From positions 28,308 through 92,307 of IMG/VR virus record IMGVR_UViG_3300028591_000150: 64,000 nucleotides of DNA; one strand, given 5' to 3'. Under the pieces are notes generated by a model. It saw only the letters and a program-made list of their open reading frames with translations, made no database searches and had not been told where the DNA came from. The position numbers were made by a program, and so were the translations under genes. Positions 30,605-40,454 of the stretch are shown here, in pieces. The DNA is from a virus (Duplodnaviria > Caudoviricetes). Each line of letters opens with the position of its first letter. The stretch's first letter is position 1.

Positions 30605-31309
30605 TCAATGAACATCTTTTTGAAAATGTGAAAGAGAACATCCAATTCGTTGATGGTGCTCTTCCTCGTCCAAAACTGTCATGACAGCAACCGTAATGCC
30701 GTCGCAGGCGCTGAAGGTGTTGGCAAAGCCCTGCTTGGACTTCCACGTCATGCTGTCATACCCCATCAGCCTCAATCCTTCGACGACCCGCATCATTAAA
30801 CGGGCGTCAAAGATCTGGTCTTCCAGCCCGAACGTGGAGTGCTCAGGCAATAACATGCGGCCTGTCTCCACAAGCTCAAAGTCGTCACGCATACCAGTTC
30901 CGAGACAGATAGGACATTCACCGTAAATGTAGTGTTCGTTCATGTCGCTGTCCTCATACATATATTCAACCTCTCCTGACCCGTCGCACTCCGGGCATTC
31001 GCATGGTTTGCCGTCCTTGCTCACCTTTTCGGGTATAAGGGGGAAGAGGTTGAAAGCTGCTTCGATGTCCGCGAAGCGGATTGTCTTGTCGATGTCACAC
31101 CGCTCGTAGTCTAAATTCGGAAGACGCTGCTCGAAATGCGGGTACTTGCAGCGGATGAGCTTGGGGTCAACGAGAACCATGACCTGACCGTCTGTCGCCA
31201 TCAGTCGGCCATTGTCCATGTCATTGATAAATGGATTGCTGTGACGCTTTATGAAACTGCTTTCGTTGCAGAACATCCGCAACGCTTTTTTCTCATTCTT
31301 GATTTTCAT
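30605..31309 (-). CDS. protein with DnaJ-type zinc finger
   Basis: CPECDGSG and CPICLGTG; N-terminal LMATDG. Confidence 0.65.
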   Translation of the reverse strand: MKIKNEKKALRMFCNESSFIKRHSNPFINDMDNGRLMATDGQVMVLVDPKLIRCKYPHFEQRLPNLDYERCDIDKTIRFADIEAAFNLFPLIPEKVSKDGKPCECPECDGSGEVEYMYEDSDMNEHYIYGECPICLGTGMRDDFELVETGRMLLPEHSTFGLEDQIFDARLMMRVVEGLRLMGYDSMTWKSKQGFANTFSACDGITVAVMTVLDEEEHHQRIGCSLSHFQKDVH

Positions 31310-31310
31310 G

Positions 31311-31499
31311 CTACTTGCCCTCCTTCTTTTCCAATATCTTTTTCGCAATATCTTGCATCTCCCTCTGCGTAACCTCAAAAATGACCCTGATGCCCTTCGG
31401 ATTCTTCTTCACCTTGCACTCTACCGTAAACGGGTGTGTGCGCAACAAGTCTGCAATACCTTGTATTATTTTGCGCTCTCTTATTACTTCGTCATTCAT
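31311..31499 (-). CDS. hypothetical protein
   Basis: Short ORF packed in operon. Confidence 0.5.
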   Translation of the reverse strand: MNDEVIRERKIIQGIADLLRTHPFTVECKVKKNPKGIRVIFEVTQREMQDIAKKILEKKEGK

Positions 31500-31639
31500 A
31501 GTTTGTTCTCCTTCCCTTTTCCTAAATAAATTGCTCGATTTAACCACGCAATAAATACGCATCTATACTCGATATCCATTCCTATTGTTGGAATGAACAA
31601 AAACATTTTGTTTAATTTGTGAATTTCAATTCTCATAGT

Positions 31640-31918
31640 TTATTCTCCTTTCATGTATTTTATAAAGTCCTTAATCATACCCTTTCTAAGAACAATTTGT
31701 CCATCTACAATCGAAATGTAGCCATTACCCTTGTCTTTCAAAAACTCACAAGCCTTGTCAATAAAGGCATCAGTACGGGTGTATTCAATATCATTTTTAA
31801 AGATTTTATCCTTCCACCAAGTAACAGTGTCTTCCAAATCCTCAAACTTACAGTTCTCGCAGTCATTGCCGTTACAATCGCCACATATCTGCAAATAAAT
31901 CTTATCTGGTGCTTTCAT
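31640..31918 (-). CDS. hypothetical phage protein
   Basis: MKAPDKIYL..DIEYTRTDAFIDKA. Confidence 0.6.
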   Translation of the reverse strand: MKAPDKIYLQICGDCNGNDCENCKFEDLEDTVTWWKDKIFKNDIEYTRTDAFIDKACEFLKDKGNGYISIVDGQIVLRKGMIKDFIKYMKGE

Positions 31919-31921
31919 AAC

Positions 31922-32407
31922 TTATTTTCCTTTCAGTCTTTCTTTTAATGATTTGAGCCAATCAATACACTTTCCAACTTTGCCATAATCCTTACCATAC
32001 AAATCTTTAAGTTCCGTAAGATTACTAAGTGTATCATACATCAAATCTCTATCCTCTTCACTCCAAGCAGGTGTCTTCTCACCTTGCTTTTCAAGCCAAG
32101 CAATAGCACGCTGTTTGTCTTTTGTGCCACCAACAACCATATCACCTTTTACGGCTTCAATTAGTTTCTTTCTTATCCTCTCATCCTCTGACTCTGACTC
32201 TTTGAGTTCAGGGGAAGTTGAATCCATAGTTGCCGAGTGAACTCGGTCGGCATCTTCAACATTGTAGCCTTTGAATATAAGGTCTATTCCCCACCATAGC
32301 CAGCCGATAAACAGCTTACGGCCCTCATAGTCGTACCAAAAATTTATGTTCGGTATTGACATGAAGCACTTGTAATCGTTGTTAATCTTGATTTTCATAA
32401 TTTTCAT
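31922..32407 (-). CDS. hypothetical phage protein
   Basis: ESEDERIRK..AWLEKQGE..WSEED..WLKSLKER module. Confidence 0.6.
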   Translation of the reverse strand: MKIMKIKINNDYKCFMSIPNINFWYDYEGRKLFIGWLWWGIDLIFKGYNVEDADRVHSATMDSTSPELKESESEDERIRKKLIEAVKGDMVVGGTKDKQRAIAWLEKQGEKTPAWSEEDRDLMYDTLSNLTELKDLYGKDYGKVGKCIDWLKSLKERLKGK

Positions 32408-32415
32408 AATTCGTG

Positions 32416-32853
32416 TCAATTCGTTAAATACTCTTTAATCTTGTTGATGTATTCGGGGAAGTCTGGGATGGGATATTCGTCACGTTCCAGTTGTGCAATC
32501 TGCTGCTGCACTTCGCCGATACGCTTTGCGTGGTCTGCCTGTGCAAAGCCGAACAGGTCGCCGTCGGGGGTGGTGCGTTGCAACTGATTCAATTTGATAT
32601 TGCGCGATTTCAGCATAGCCTGCCGTCTGTGCTCGTGCCACTCTTGCCCCAGCATAATGTCGGCTGGGCCGTGATATATCTCTACACGTCGGCGCGGATT
32701 GGCCACTTTTACTCTTGCGCCCAAATATTCAAAGAACCACATCCATCGCGCCACGAAGTCGGGCGACATACCGCTGCGATAATATACCACATCGTCAATA
32801 TGGGTGTAGTTCTCGGCTGTGCTGACTGCTATCTTTACAACACACTGCTTCAT
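32416..32853 (-). CDS. hypothetical protein
   Basis: 145-aa ORF in operon. Confidence 0.65.
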   Translation of the reverse strand: MKQCVVKIAVSTAENYTHIDDVVYYRSGMSPDFVARWMWFFEYLGARVKVANPRRRVEIYHGPADIMLGQEWHEHRRQAMLKSRNIKLNQLQRTTPDGDLFGFAQADHAKRIGEVQQQIAQLERDEYPIPDFPEYINKIKEYLTN

Positions 32854-32905
32854 AAATTCGTTTTATTCGTTTAATTCGTGGAAATTAGTGAAATTAGTGG
32901 TTCGC

Positions 32906-33352
32906 TTATTCCTTTACTATCTTGCCATAGTGCTCCAACATGCGGTGGTCGCCATTGCCCATGCCCCACCAGCGGCCCTCGGTGTCCTGCAGCAGCCAGC
33001 CGCCGGTCTCGACTGTCGTGTGTCGGTCGTTGAGCCAAATGCTGATGGTCGGGTCGTGGCTTACGTCATACGACATCTCCAAAACGACTCCTTCTTTCAA
33101 CAATTTGTGTATCTTGTCGAAGTTTCGCACCATGACCTGAAACTCCTGTTTGATGTGCATCATAGGGTGCTGCTTGTACCGTTCCAGCTGCTTCTCGCGC
33201 CGCCAGTGCTCCTCGATGGTGCGGAAGGCATCGAGTGCATACGCCTGGCTCTTGGTGTCGGCCCCGTTGAACGGCACCATCCTGCCCGGCTCGTCCATCG
33301 GCTCGATGCTGCACACGGCAAACGCCCCGTTGTATTCGATTTCGATTTTCAT
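32906..33352 (-). CDS. hypothetical protein
   Basis: ATG at 33352 (MKIEIEY). Confidence 0.6.
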   Translation of the reverse strand: MKIEIEYNGAFAVCSIEPMDEPGRMVPFNGADTKSQAYALDAFRTIEEHWRREKQLERYKQHPMMHIKQEFQVMVRNFDKIHKLLKEGVVLEMSYDVSHDPTISIWLNDRHTTVETGGWLLQDTEGRWWGMGNGDHRMLEHYGKIVKE

Positions 33353-33383
33353 TGTCTCAGTTCTCTTTTGTTCAGAATAATAA

Positions 33384-33566
33384 CTATACTGGTACTGCAT
33401 TGTCCAATTCCTCAGAACGATCAATCTCGTAATGAAGACAAAACCTTCCGTCGGAGTACCGTGCGCAAAAGCCACCGTAGCGAATCTCCAGTTCTTCCCT
33501 CTTGCTTTTGACGAAGTTCTCAACGGCTTCGTCCTTCTTTGCTGAAGAAATAAACATGTTGTTCAT
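33384..33566 (-). CDS. hypothetical protein
   Basis: ATG overlaps upstream TGA. Confidence 0.45.
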   Translation of the reverse strand: MNNMFISSAKKDEAVENFVKSKREELEIRYGGFCARYSDGRFCLHYEIDRSEELDNAVPV

Positions 33567-33946
33567 ACGCAGTCCTCTCCGTGTCGTTTGATATAGTTCT
33601 CGCGTCGGCGGTTCCACTCCTTGTCGAAGCCCTTCACGAACTGGTCCACCGTCTTCTTGAAGTCGGACAAAAGCTCGTTGTTCTTGTTCGCAGGGTAGAA
33701 CTGATGCAAGTTCCAACTCTTCTGATAGTCCTCCTGCCCGAACACATCCATCACCGTAATGCTGATACTGATTTGGGGTTCTCGCACCACGCCACCGAAT
33801 ATCGCGCCGTGGTCGTTCAGTAGATCCAAAGCTACCGTTATCTTTCCTGCGGCCTTCCTCTGAAATTCATGCACCTTCGTCAGATAGTCCAGCATTTGCT
33901 CGCGAGTACAATCGCCGTACTCATTCTCGATGTCTTTCCTTGTCAT
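33563..33946 (-). CDS. hypothetical protein
   Basis: 127-aa ORF with AT-rich leader. Confidence 0.65.
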   Translation of the reverse strand: MTRKDIENEYGDCTREQMLDYLTKVHEFQRKAAGKITVALDLLNDHGAIFGGVVREPQISISITVMDVFGQEDYQKSWNLHQFYPANKNNELLSDFKKTVDQFVKGFDKEWNRRRENYIKRHGEDCV

Positions 33947-34108
33947 ATCGCCTAAATTTTAATTAAAACTTCCGTTTTGATTTTGCTCCCGCTCGGCTGT
34001 CATCAAGCCAGTTTGTGACCGCTCTCACTTAATCGCAAAATTCGTTTAATTCATTTTATCAGTGTTCATAAAAATCAGTTCGCTTCGTCGCAGTCTTCGT
34101 GGTGGTGG

Positions 34109-34618
34109 TTAATACGTCAGATGCTCTTCGGGATAACTCGTCGTCTTCGGACCGATGGGATTGTGCGCACGGCTCATTTCCATCAGTTCGTTGAACATCG
34201 TCTCTGCCTGCCCGATAAGCCTGTCCCACTCTTTCGGATAAGTCCACGGCTCGCCCAGACGCTGACCTTCGTAGCGGTGATAGAACATCATCCCCTGTAG
34301 GGTGCCGACTAAATAGCTGGCCTTTTTCATAAACTCGTCCTTTTCTTTCTTGACAGGCTCGTCGCAAGGTTCGACACATTCGGGCAGTTCCTTTCTATCC
34401 TCAAAAGCCTCGTAAGCCTGATAGAGCTTACCGATGGCCGAGAACAGCCCGAAGTCGTCACGGCTCTCGCCAACGATGCCGTCGCCGTATTCGTCAAAGA
34501 CACACACTATGTCAGCCGTGGTTTGAATAGTCATATACAGCTCGCGGTCAGTAGTCCTGTAGCCGCCGAAGATTTCGTCAGTGTCCTCGCACTTGACCTT
34601 GAAATTGATTGCGCTCAT
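34109..34618 (-). CDS. hypothetical protein
   Basis: 169-aa ORF. Confidence 0.65.
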   Translation of the reverse strand: MSAINFKVKCEDTDEIFGGYRTTDRELYMTIQTTADIVCVFDEYGDGIVGESRDDFGLFSAIGKLYQAYEAFEDRKELPECVEPCDEPVKKEKDEFMKKASYLVGTLQGMMFYHRYEGQRLGEPWTYPKEWDRLIGQAETMFNELMEMSRAHNPIGPKTTSYPEEHLTY

Positions 34619-34690
34619 AAAAAATCCCTATAATTACGTTGTTCATTCACATAAATTGCTAATACTATGCCTTGCGGCGGTTGTTATTAC

Positions 34691-35059
34691 TTAGTCAATA
34701 AATCCTTTTCGCTTTGGCTTCACGTAGAGATTCCACACGCCCACTTTCTCTTCAGCATTGGCACCGTAGATGCGCCGTGTCACCTCGTAGTGATGGTGTT
34801 CTCCTTTATCCCAGAGTATTATCTGTTCGCCGATGTCAGGCACGCTTGTCGTCCACAGGTCGCAGATGATGTCACCCGCTTCCTCGTCTTTGAAGATATA
34901 GACGTGCTGGTTCTCGTTCTGACGCAGAGCAAACATTGCCATCCGCAGTGCGTCGGTCAGTTCGTTTGCGCCGTACTCGAATAGTTCCTCGGAGCGGATA
35001 TGCCCGTCGGCGTTCAGAAACGCAAACTCGATGATTTGTGATGCTTGTTGCTTATCCAT
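34691..35059 (-). CDS. hypothetical protein
   Basis: 122-aa ORF. Confidence 0.65.
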   Translation of the reverse strand: MDKQQASQIIEFAFLNADGHIRSEELFEYGANELTDALRMAMFALRQNENQHVYIFKDEEAGDIICDLWTTSVPDIGEQIILWDKGEHHHYEVTRRIYGANAEEKVGVWNLYVKPKRKGFID

Positions 35060-35072
35060 AGGTCAGTCCTCC

Positions 35073-35834
35073 TTATCTGATTGTATCAAACACTTCGCCT
35101 GCGATGTACTCCACCCTGCTGCCGGGCTTCACCTCGGGAAACAGCAGCGGGTTCAGTTCCACTTGGTTCGGGCTGCGGAAGTTGTTGATGTCGCCCCAAT
35201 GCGGATAGGCAAAGTGCAGGAGCAGTTTGCCGTCAACGTCGCGGCTGACGTACAGCTTCGTCTTGTGGTCGGGGTCGTAACGGAACTCGTTGCAGGCATC
35301 GGCCAGCTCGTTGCCGTCGGGACAGAAGCGGCGCAGCATCGCCATCGTCAGCCCCGCCGACATGCCGCTGTGACCTGCATCGTTGAAAATCTTGTAAGCC
35401 TTGCGCAGTCGCCCTATGCGGCTTAGCGTCTCGTCGCGCATCACCCTGGCGCAGTCGAGCACCTGGTCAAGCTCCATGCCACGGTAGAGGTCGCCGAGAC
35501 GGATGGGCACTATCTCGTCCCAATACTCCAGTTCGCCCTCAATGATTACGCCGCGAGCCGCCTTGCGGTAGTGTTCCGTCAGCTCGGGGATGCGTGCCTC
35601 GTGTTCCTCGCGCTGGCGCTTCAGCTCATCGAGCCTCTTCTGCACAAGTGCATCATGCTCCGCTTTCGTCTTGCCCGTCACCTTCATATAGGCTTCGTCC
35701 AAACTATCGCTCGAAAGCAGTTTCTCCCCGTTAAACTCTCCGCAGCAAAGCTCTCCCGATTCATCGGCTTCCTGCTGCAGCATGTGCCACGCTTTCTCTA
35801 CGTTGCACGCTCCGTAAAATGTAATTTGCTTCAT
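35073..35834 (-). CDS. conserved phage hypothetical protein
   Basis: 253 aa; RLGDLYRGMELD..GHSGMS motifs. Confidence 0.7.
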   Translation of the reverse strand: MKQITFYGACNVEKAWHMLQQEADESGELCCGEFNGEKLLSSDSLDEAYMKVTGKTKAEHDALVQKRLDELKRQREEHEARIPELTEHYRKAARGVIIEGELEYWDEIVPIRLGDLYRGMELDQVLDCARVMRDETLSRIGRLRKAYKIFNDAGHSGMSAGLTMAMLRRFCPDGNELADACNEFRYDPDHKTKLYVSRDVDGKLLLHFAYPHWGDINNFRSPNQVELNPLLFPEVKPGSRVEYIAGEVFDTIR

Positions 35835-35837
35835 ACT

Positions 35838-36038
35838 TCAATAGTTTATTTGCGTTTCATAAGCCCATACACTTGAATAGCCCGTACCATGCCCGCCCTC
35901 CGTGATGTATGAAAAAGCAGAACCCAACATAAAGCCAAGTTCATTCGTGTGTGGCACACATCTCTTTTTGTAGATGTGCTTCGCGCGGCCTGCCGAAAAC
36001 AGATACACAGCGCAAACAATCAAAATAATCCATTTCAT
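35838..36038 (-). CDS. small membrane protein
   Basis: N-terminal hydrophobic helix; coupled start/stop. Confidence 0.5.
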   Translation of the reverse strand: MKWIILIVCAVYLFSAGRAKHIYKKRCVPHTNELGFMLGSAFSYITEGGHGTGYSSVWAYETQINY

Positions 36039-36262
36039 TATTCAATCATTTTATATTCACCGATATTAAATGCTGCTTCAGTAAGATTAAGGTCTTCCCA
36101 TTCCTCTTCGTGGACATATCCTTCAAAAGAATGGCATTCGACCCTAAGTTTGTTTAATGGTCTGTCAATACTGAGCACCTTGAACCACATCGGCCTCTTG
36201 CATCCTTCCCATGCCTGCCGGAAGAGGTCGCCTACCTTCAATGTTACTTTTCTCTGTGCCAT
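36038..36262 (-). CDS. hypothetical protein
   Basis: 74-aa ORF, tightly packed. Confidence 0.55.
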   Translation of the reverse strand: MAQRKVTLKVGDLFRQAWEGCKRPMWFKVLSIDRPLNKLRVECHSFEGYVHEEEWEDLNLTEAAFNIGEYKMIE

Positions 36263-36265
36263 AAT

Positions 36266-36475
36266 CTATTTTTCCTTGAAATATACACACCCGTTGGCAG
36301 GTGTCTGTTTGCTTACATGGTGTTTCACTTGTTTGCAATATGTGCCACCCATGTAGAAGTAGCAGTCTTTGCAAGTACGTTTAGGCAGTGGCGGATCATC
36401 TGGCATGACGGCACTCGCGCCAAGCATCATCATGGCCATTGCCTCCATTGTCGATTCTTTCAGTGGCTTGTGCAT
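36266..36475 (-). CDS. small Cys-rich protein
   Basis: TCKDC..C..C. Confidence 0.55.
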   Translation of the reverse strand: MHKPLKESTMEAMAMMMLGASAVMPDDPPLPKRTCKDCYFYMGGTYCKQVKHHVSKQTPANGCVYFKEK

Positions 36476-36478
36476 ACG

Positions 36479-36976
36479 TCAGTCCTCCAAATACCAAAGC
36501 ATGATTTCATCGTCGCTGTATCGGAACATTCCCTTGTTGTCGAAGATATTGCCGACAACCTCCACGTTCTCCATCTGCAAGTCGTAGAACGATTTGTTGG
36601 TGAAGTTGCTGATGCCGCGCCTTTCCGATTCCTTGGTGACGTACAGCATCACATAGAACTCGCCAATAGCGTCGTGTGTGTCGCATGACACGATGCCCAG
36701 ATAGTTCGTTTTGCCCTCATCCATGAATGGGTAGTCGGTAGATTTGATGATGTCGCCCTCGTAGATTTCCTTGCCGTTCTTATCATTCAGCCCTGTGAAC
36801 TGGCCGACGGTTTCGGATGAAACTTGTGCGGCGGATAAACTTCCATCTTTGCTAATGAGCATTTGGTCCTCCGGAATAATCCACAGCGCACCATCCTTTT
36901 CTTTCACAAGAGAACCATACTCCCATCGGTTATTAAAGGTATTCTTTCCTCTAAATTTGATTGTTCTCATAGTCAT
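36479..36976 (-). CDS. YopX family protein
   Basis: RTIKFRGK, ETVGQFTGLNDKNGKEIYEGDI, EVVGNIFDN. Confidence 0.9.
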   Translation of the reverse strand: MTMRTIKFRGKNTFNNRWEYGSLVKEKDGALWIIPEDQMLISKDGSLSAAQVSSETVGQFTGLNDKNGKEIYEGDIIKSTDYPFMDEGKTNYLGIVSCDTHDAIGEFYVMLYVTKESERRGISNFTNKSFYDLQMENVEVVGNIFDNKGMFRYSDDEIMLWYLED

Positions 36977-37038
36977 TCCTCCTTTTCATCAAAGTCCATA
37001 CCTCGTATGGCATAACGGAAATTTTTATAATGGTTAAA

Positions 37039-37209
37039 CTATTGAAGTATTTTGAGTAACTGTTTAGCGCGTTCAAGTGTGTCAAAACCTTTGACATCCA
37101 CCCATTTGTTTAAAAACATACCTTCTTTCAGCCTTTGAACAAAATATCCTGTAAATGGGATGCAACCATTATAACACGGGTATTTGGCTACAATACGATA
37201 TCTTGCCAT
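37039..37209 (-). CDS. hypothetical protein
   Basis: 56-aa ORF MARYRIV. Confidence 0.5.
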   Translation of the reverse strand: MARYRIVAKYPCYNGCIPFTGYFVQRLKEGMFLNKWVDVKGFDTLERAKQLLKILQ

Positions 37210-37537
37210 AGTTATTCCTCCATTGCTTTTTCTGTTCCATTTCCAACACCTTGGCAAGTCGGACGACATGGTTCTCAAGGACGAGGATTGCATCCGGGAT
37301 TGATATCTGATAAATCCTCGCACCGTTACAATGACGGTCTTCTGCCCTAAGAAAGTTTTCGGGAATAGCCAACTCAATAGACTGATAACTTCCCCACCCG
37401 TTACGAATTATGTCTATCCCCTCGTTGTTCTTTTCGTACCTATCCTTGCATTTCTTCAGGATTTCAACGAGTTCATTACTTTTTTCAATCTGGGAATACA
37501 GATTGTAGATTTGCCTTGCATTTTCTTTTGTTACCAT
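37169..37537 (-). CDS. hypothetical protein
   Basis: 122-aa ORF. Confidence 0.55.
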   Translation of the reverse strand: MVTKENARQIYNLYSQIEKSNELVEILKKCKDRYEKNNEGIDIIRNGWGSYQSIELAIPENFLRAEDRHCNGARIYQISIPDAILVLENHVVRLAKVLEMEQKKQWRNNYGKISYCSQIPVL

Positions 37538-37552
37538 AATATTAAGAAATTT

Positions 37553-38077
37553 TCAAATTTTTGATTTCACACACTGCCGCACTATCTGTTCGGTTATGAT
37601 GTCGTCATTAGCCTTTGCCATCTGGTCGAGTTTCTCCACGTCGAACTCCTCGGCAGAGAACTTGAACTGAATCCAGTTCGGTTCAAACTCACGGTAGTCG
37701 AGGAACGTCTCCGGTTCGTCCGTCTCGAGAATGTACTTCACCATACGCAGCAGCCGATCGCCTGCCGGCTTCGACGCCACGAAGCCGCTGACATCATAGG
37801 AGCTGGCTCCACGGCTTTTCCAATACTCGCCGCCACCTTCAGGACGTTTGTCCTTCGGGTCGAAACGTACGATGTCGCTGTCAAAATACTCAATACGCAC
37901 AGATGCGCCTTTATTCCCAAATCCGAGGCTTCCTGCGAACGGACGATACCTGCGGTTCTTGTTCTCGATATAAAATGGCACGTCTTTAGGATTGATATCG
38001 TTTAGAGAGCATGTCCGAATCCAATCTTCAACCCATTCGACCAGGTCGTGAAGGGTAATTACTTCTTGTTCGTTCAT
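37553..38077 (-). CDS. hypothetical protein
   Basis: ATG at 38077 just after upstream stop. Confidence 0.6.
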   Translation of the reverse strand: MNEQEVITLHDLVEWVEDWIRTCSLNDINPKDVPFYIENKNRRYRPFAGSLGFGNKGASVRIEYFDSDIVRFDPKDKRPEGGGEYWKSRGASSYDVSGFVASKPAGDRLLRMVKYILETDEPETFLDYREFEPNWIQFKFSAEEFDVEKLDQMAKANDDIITEQIVRQCVKSKI

Positions 38078-38081
38078 AATT

Positions 38082-38417
38082 TTATTCCTCCTTGTATTTT
38101 CCGACATATCGCACAATCGGGTTAATCCAATCGCCGTCATACAACCAATCACTGTACCTTGACTCATTCTTAAAGCCGACGATCTCATACAGGTAGCGTC
38201 TGCCTTTGTTGTTGTAAATGACTGTGCCGCCGATTCCGGGGCAGTTGATATAACAGTTGTTCTTGTCGAAGATCTCGATAAAGGACTTTTCGGCAAGTTC
38301 ATCTTTCGGCAGCATTGCCCGGTAGTTGTACCACATGCGCTTTTCGTAGGGTACACCCTCGCGCTTCGCTTCGCGCCTCCTCATGAGGCTCCTGAAATAA
38401 CTGATGATTTTTCTCAT
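38082..38417 (-). CDS. hypothetical protein
   Basis: ATG at 38417. Confidence 0.6.
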   Translation of the reverse strand: MRKIISYFRSLMRRREAKREGVPYEKRMWYNYRAMLPKDELAEKSFIEIFDKNNCYINCPGIGGTVIYNNKGRRYLYEIVGFKNESRYSDWLYDGDWINPIVRYVGKYKEE

Positions 38418-38433
38418 TGTGTAGATTTTGTTA

Positions 38434-38607
38434 TTAGTCTTCAAATTCAATTTCATCGCACCAATATGCTTCACCTTTAACATCTATGACTTTAAGCAGG
38501 TCTTCGGCACCTGGATTACCAGCCATGCAGTACACGTACTCCAAATCATCCGTTGACAGTCTTCCTACCTCCTGGTGAGAAGACAATAAAACTGCTGTCT
38601 TTGCCAT
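38434..38607 (-). CDS. small hypothetical protein
   Basis: 57-aa ORF MAKTAVLL filling the gap (below ORF-track cutoff). Confidence 0.45.
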   Translation of the reverse strand: MAKTAVLLSSHQEVGRLSTDDLEYVYCMAGNPGAEDLLKVIDVKGEAYWCDEIEFED

Positions 38608-38619
38608 ATTATTTGCAAT

Positions 38620-39054
38620 TCAGTCTTTAACGTCATTGTAATGGTAGCTCCTGCAGGCAAGCATGGCGAATAACCTGACAATGCCGTCAAGCCTGTACAT
38701 GGTGGTAGCGCACAGGACTTTCAGCACTTGGCGGTTGTACACCTTGCAGCAGTAGTCGGTACGCTCCACCTTGTTCTCCGGTTTCAGGTCCTCAATCGGG
38801 TCGAGGTCAGGGTTGCGGTACATGGCTTTGTATTCGCGCATGTAACCAGACGGTACATCGAATGTGACGAGCACGTCTGTGCAGCACGCACCCTGAAGCC
38901 AGTGTACAGCCTTGTCAGGTTCCTCGCTGAAGAAGCAGAACCCTACGGCATCCGAGTCTCTGCCCATGTCTCTGTGGACGGTGCGGTTCTCCAGTGTCTC
39001 GCCGGCCATCAGGCGCTCGTACTCCAGCTCACCCATGAATCTGTGAAGTATCAT
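38620..39054 (-). CDS. hypothetical protein
   Basis: 144-aa ORF; LHRFM..GFCFF. Confidence 0.65.
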   Translation of the reverse strand: MILHRFMGELEYERLMAGETLENRTVHRDMGRDSDAVGFCFFSEEPDKAVHWLQGACCTDVLVTFDVPSGYMREYKAMYRNPDLDPIEDLKPENKVERTDYCCKVYNRQVLKVLCATTMYRLDGIVRLFAMLACRSYHYNDVKD

Positions 39055-39073
39055 AAATCCTGTCCGTTAATCG

Positions 39074-39556
39074 TTACATTTCCTTTCGCCTTGCGGCTCT
39101 TGTTGCGGCGGCCTTCTCCGCCTTCCTCTTCGCTTCGATGGGATGGTCCCTGTACCACTTCCTCATGTTTTCGGCCTTCCTAGCTTTCTGCTCTTCAGTG
39201 AGCGTGTGCCCCGGCCTGAACTCCGTGCCCGGACTCACCCGCTCGCCCTTTATGAAGCGCCCGGGATATCCGAGCCTCTTGCTTATGATGTGCGCCAGCT
39301 TCCGGTTCTCGTCGAACACGCCTGAGAGCCATCTGGCGTCCTTCTCCAGCCCGAGCTCCCTGGCCTTCCTGACCAGTGTCCGGTAGCTGACGCCGAGACA
39401 TCCTGCAAGCTCCTCGTTAAGGGTAGTGGGGAAGTGCCTGCGCAGGTAGTCGAGCATGTCCTTACTCCAGAAGATACGCGTGGAGTAGCCGCGATGCTCG
39501 ACGACCCTGCCGTGCTTTTGGCTGAAAAATACGCCGTCCTCGATCCTTCTGTACAT
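39074..39556 (-). CDS. HTH-containing protein
   Basis: NEELAGCLGVSYRTLVRKARELGL. Confidence 0.65.
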   Translation of the reverse strand: MYRRIEDGVFFSQKHGRVVEHRGYSTRIFWSKDMLDYLRRHFPTTLNEELAGCLGVSYRTLVRKARELGLEKDARWLSGVFDENRKLAHIISKRLGYPGRFIKGERVSPGTEFRPGHTLTEEQKARKAENMRKWYRDHPIEAKRKAEKAAATRAARRKEM

Positions 39557-39587
39557 CAGCTGATGAATAATTAGTGATAATTCGTGT

Positions 39588-40445
39588 TTACAATTCAATC
39601 CGCTTCCCATCCATATCCACGGTGTGCGAGAGGAAGGCTTCGTAGGCACCAGGCTGGAAGTATTGTTGCAGCAGTCGGCGGGTGCTCTCCTTCAGGTAGA
39701 CGGTCTTGCCGAAGTTTTCCACCGTCCGCACGATGCGCTCGATGGCAGCACCGCTCTTGGCGATGTCGTAGTAGTCCTTCTTCACGCCGCTGCGAAGGCC
39801 TATCTTGTAGTGGTCGCAATAGGCGAAGCTCCTGCGGATGACAGCCTCGGCGGAGTCCCAGTCGATGACCGGCTCAATGCTTGCCCATGTGCTGAAGCCC
39901 ATGAGGTGCATCCGTTGCATCGCCATGATGCGGTGGTCGTTGATGCTCGCACGCGGTTCCATCTCGTCGTGTCCTGTGAGCGTGAATCCGAAGTGGATGT
40001 CCTGACGCTTCCCCGGTTCGATTGTTTCCAGATACGCAAGGATAGTGGCGTCATAGATAAAAGTGGAATCCTTGGTCAGCACCCATACGGGGATGTCTCT
40101 CTGGATGGCACCGTAAATTGCAGAGACGGTCATGTCCCTTGTCTCTTCCAGCATGGGGTCCGTGGTGAAGCTGAGGAAGATGCCGTATTTGCGGCACGGC
40201 TCTATCCACCTGTCCATTTCCCGTTGCAGGATGTCGGCGGCATGGAACTCATTCTTGAAGCACTTCTTCAGCCGCACCTTATTCCCACCCAGCTGCTTCG
40301 ATGGCGCACCACGCTTCAGGTAACAGTACGTGCATTCGTGCGGACAGCCGGTGTAGAAGTTGCAACCGATTCGTCCGTATTCCCGTGCGGCGCCCTTCGT
40401 CGTGTAGAGCGCCTTGCCGTTGATGGTGAAGTCCTGTGTTGCCAT
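39588..40445 (-). CDS. radical SAM protein (spore-photoproduct-lyase-like)
   Basis: GCPHECTYCY (CxxxCxxC), TTDP, LTK, TWASIEP. Confidence 0.85.
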   Translation of the reverse strand: MATQDFTINGKALYTTKGAAREYGRIGCNFYTGCPHECTYCYLKRGAPSKQLGGNKVRLKKCFKNEFHAADILQREMDRWIEPCRKYGIFLSFTTDPMLEETRDMTVSAIYGAIQRDIPVWVLTKDSTFIYDATILAYLETIEPGKRQDIHFGFTLTGHDEMEPRASINDHRIMAMQRMHLMGFSTWASIEPVIDWDSAEAVIRRSFAYCDHYKIGLRSGVKKDYYDIAKSGAAIERIVRTVENFGKTVYLKESTRRLLQQYFQPGAYEAFLSHTVDMDGKRIEL

Positions 40446-40454
40446 ACGCTTACA

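Noticed and set aside
33981-34040. TTTTGC...GCAAAA-bounded element as a MITE
   Set aside because: Single copy, 6-bp ends only, no transposase or target duplication visible.
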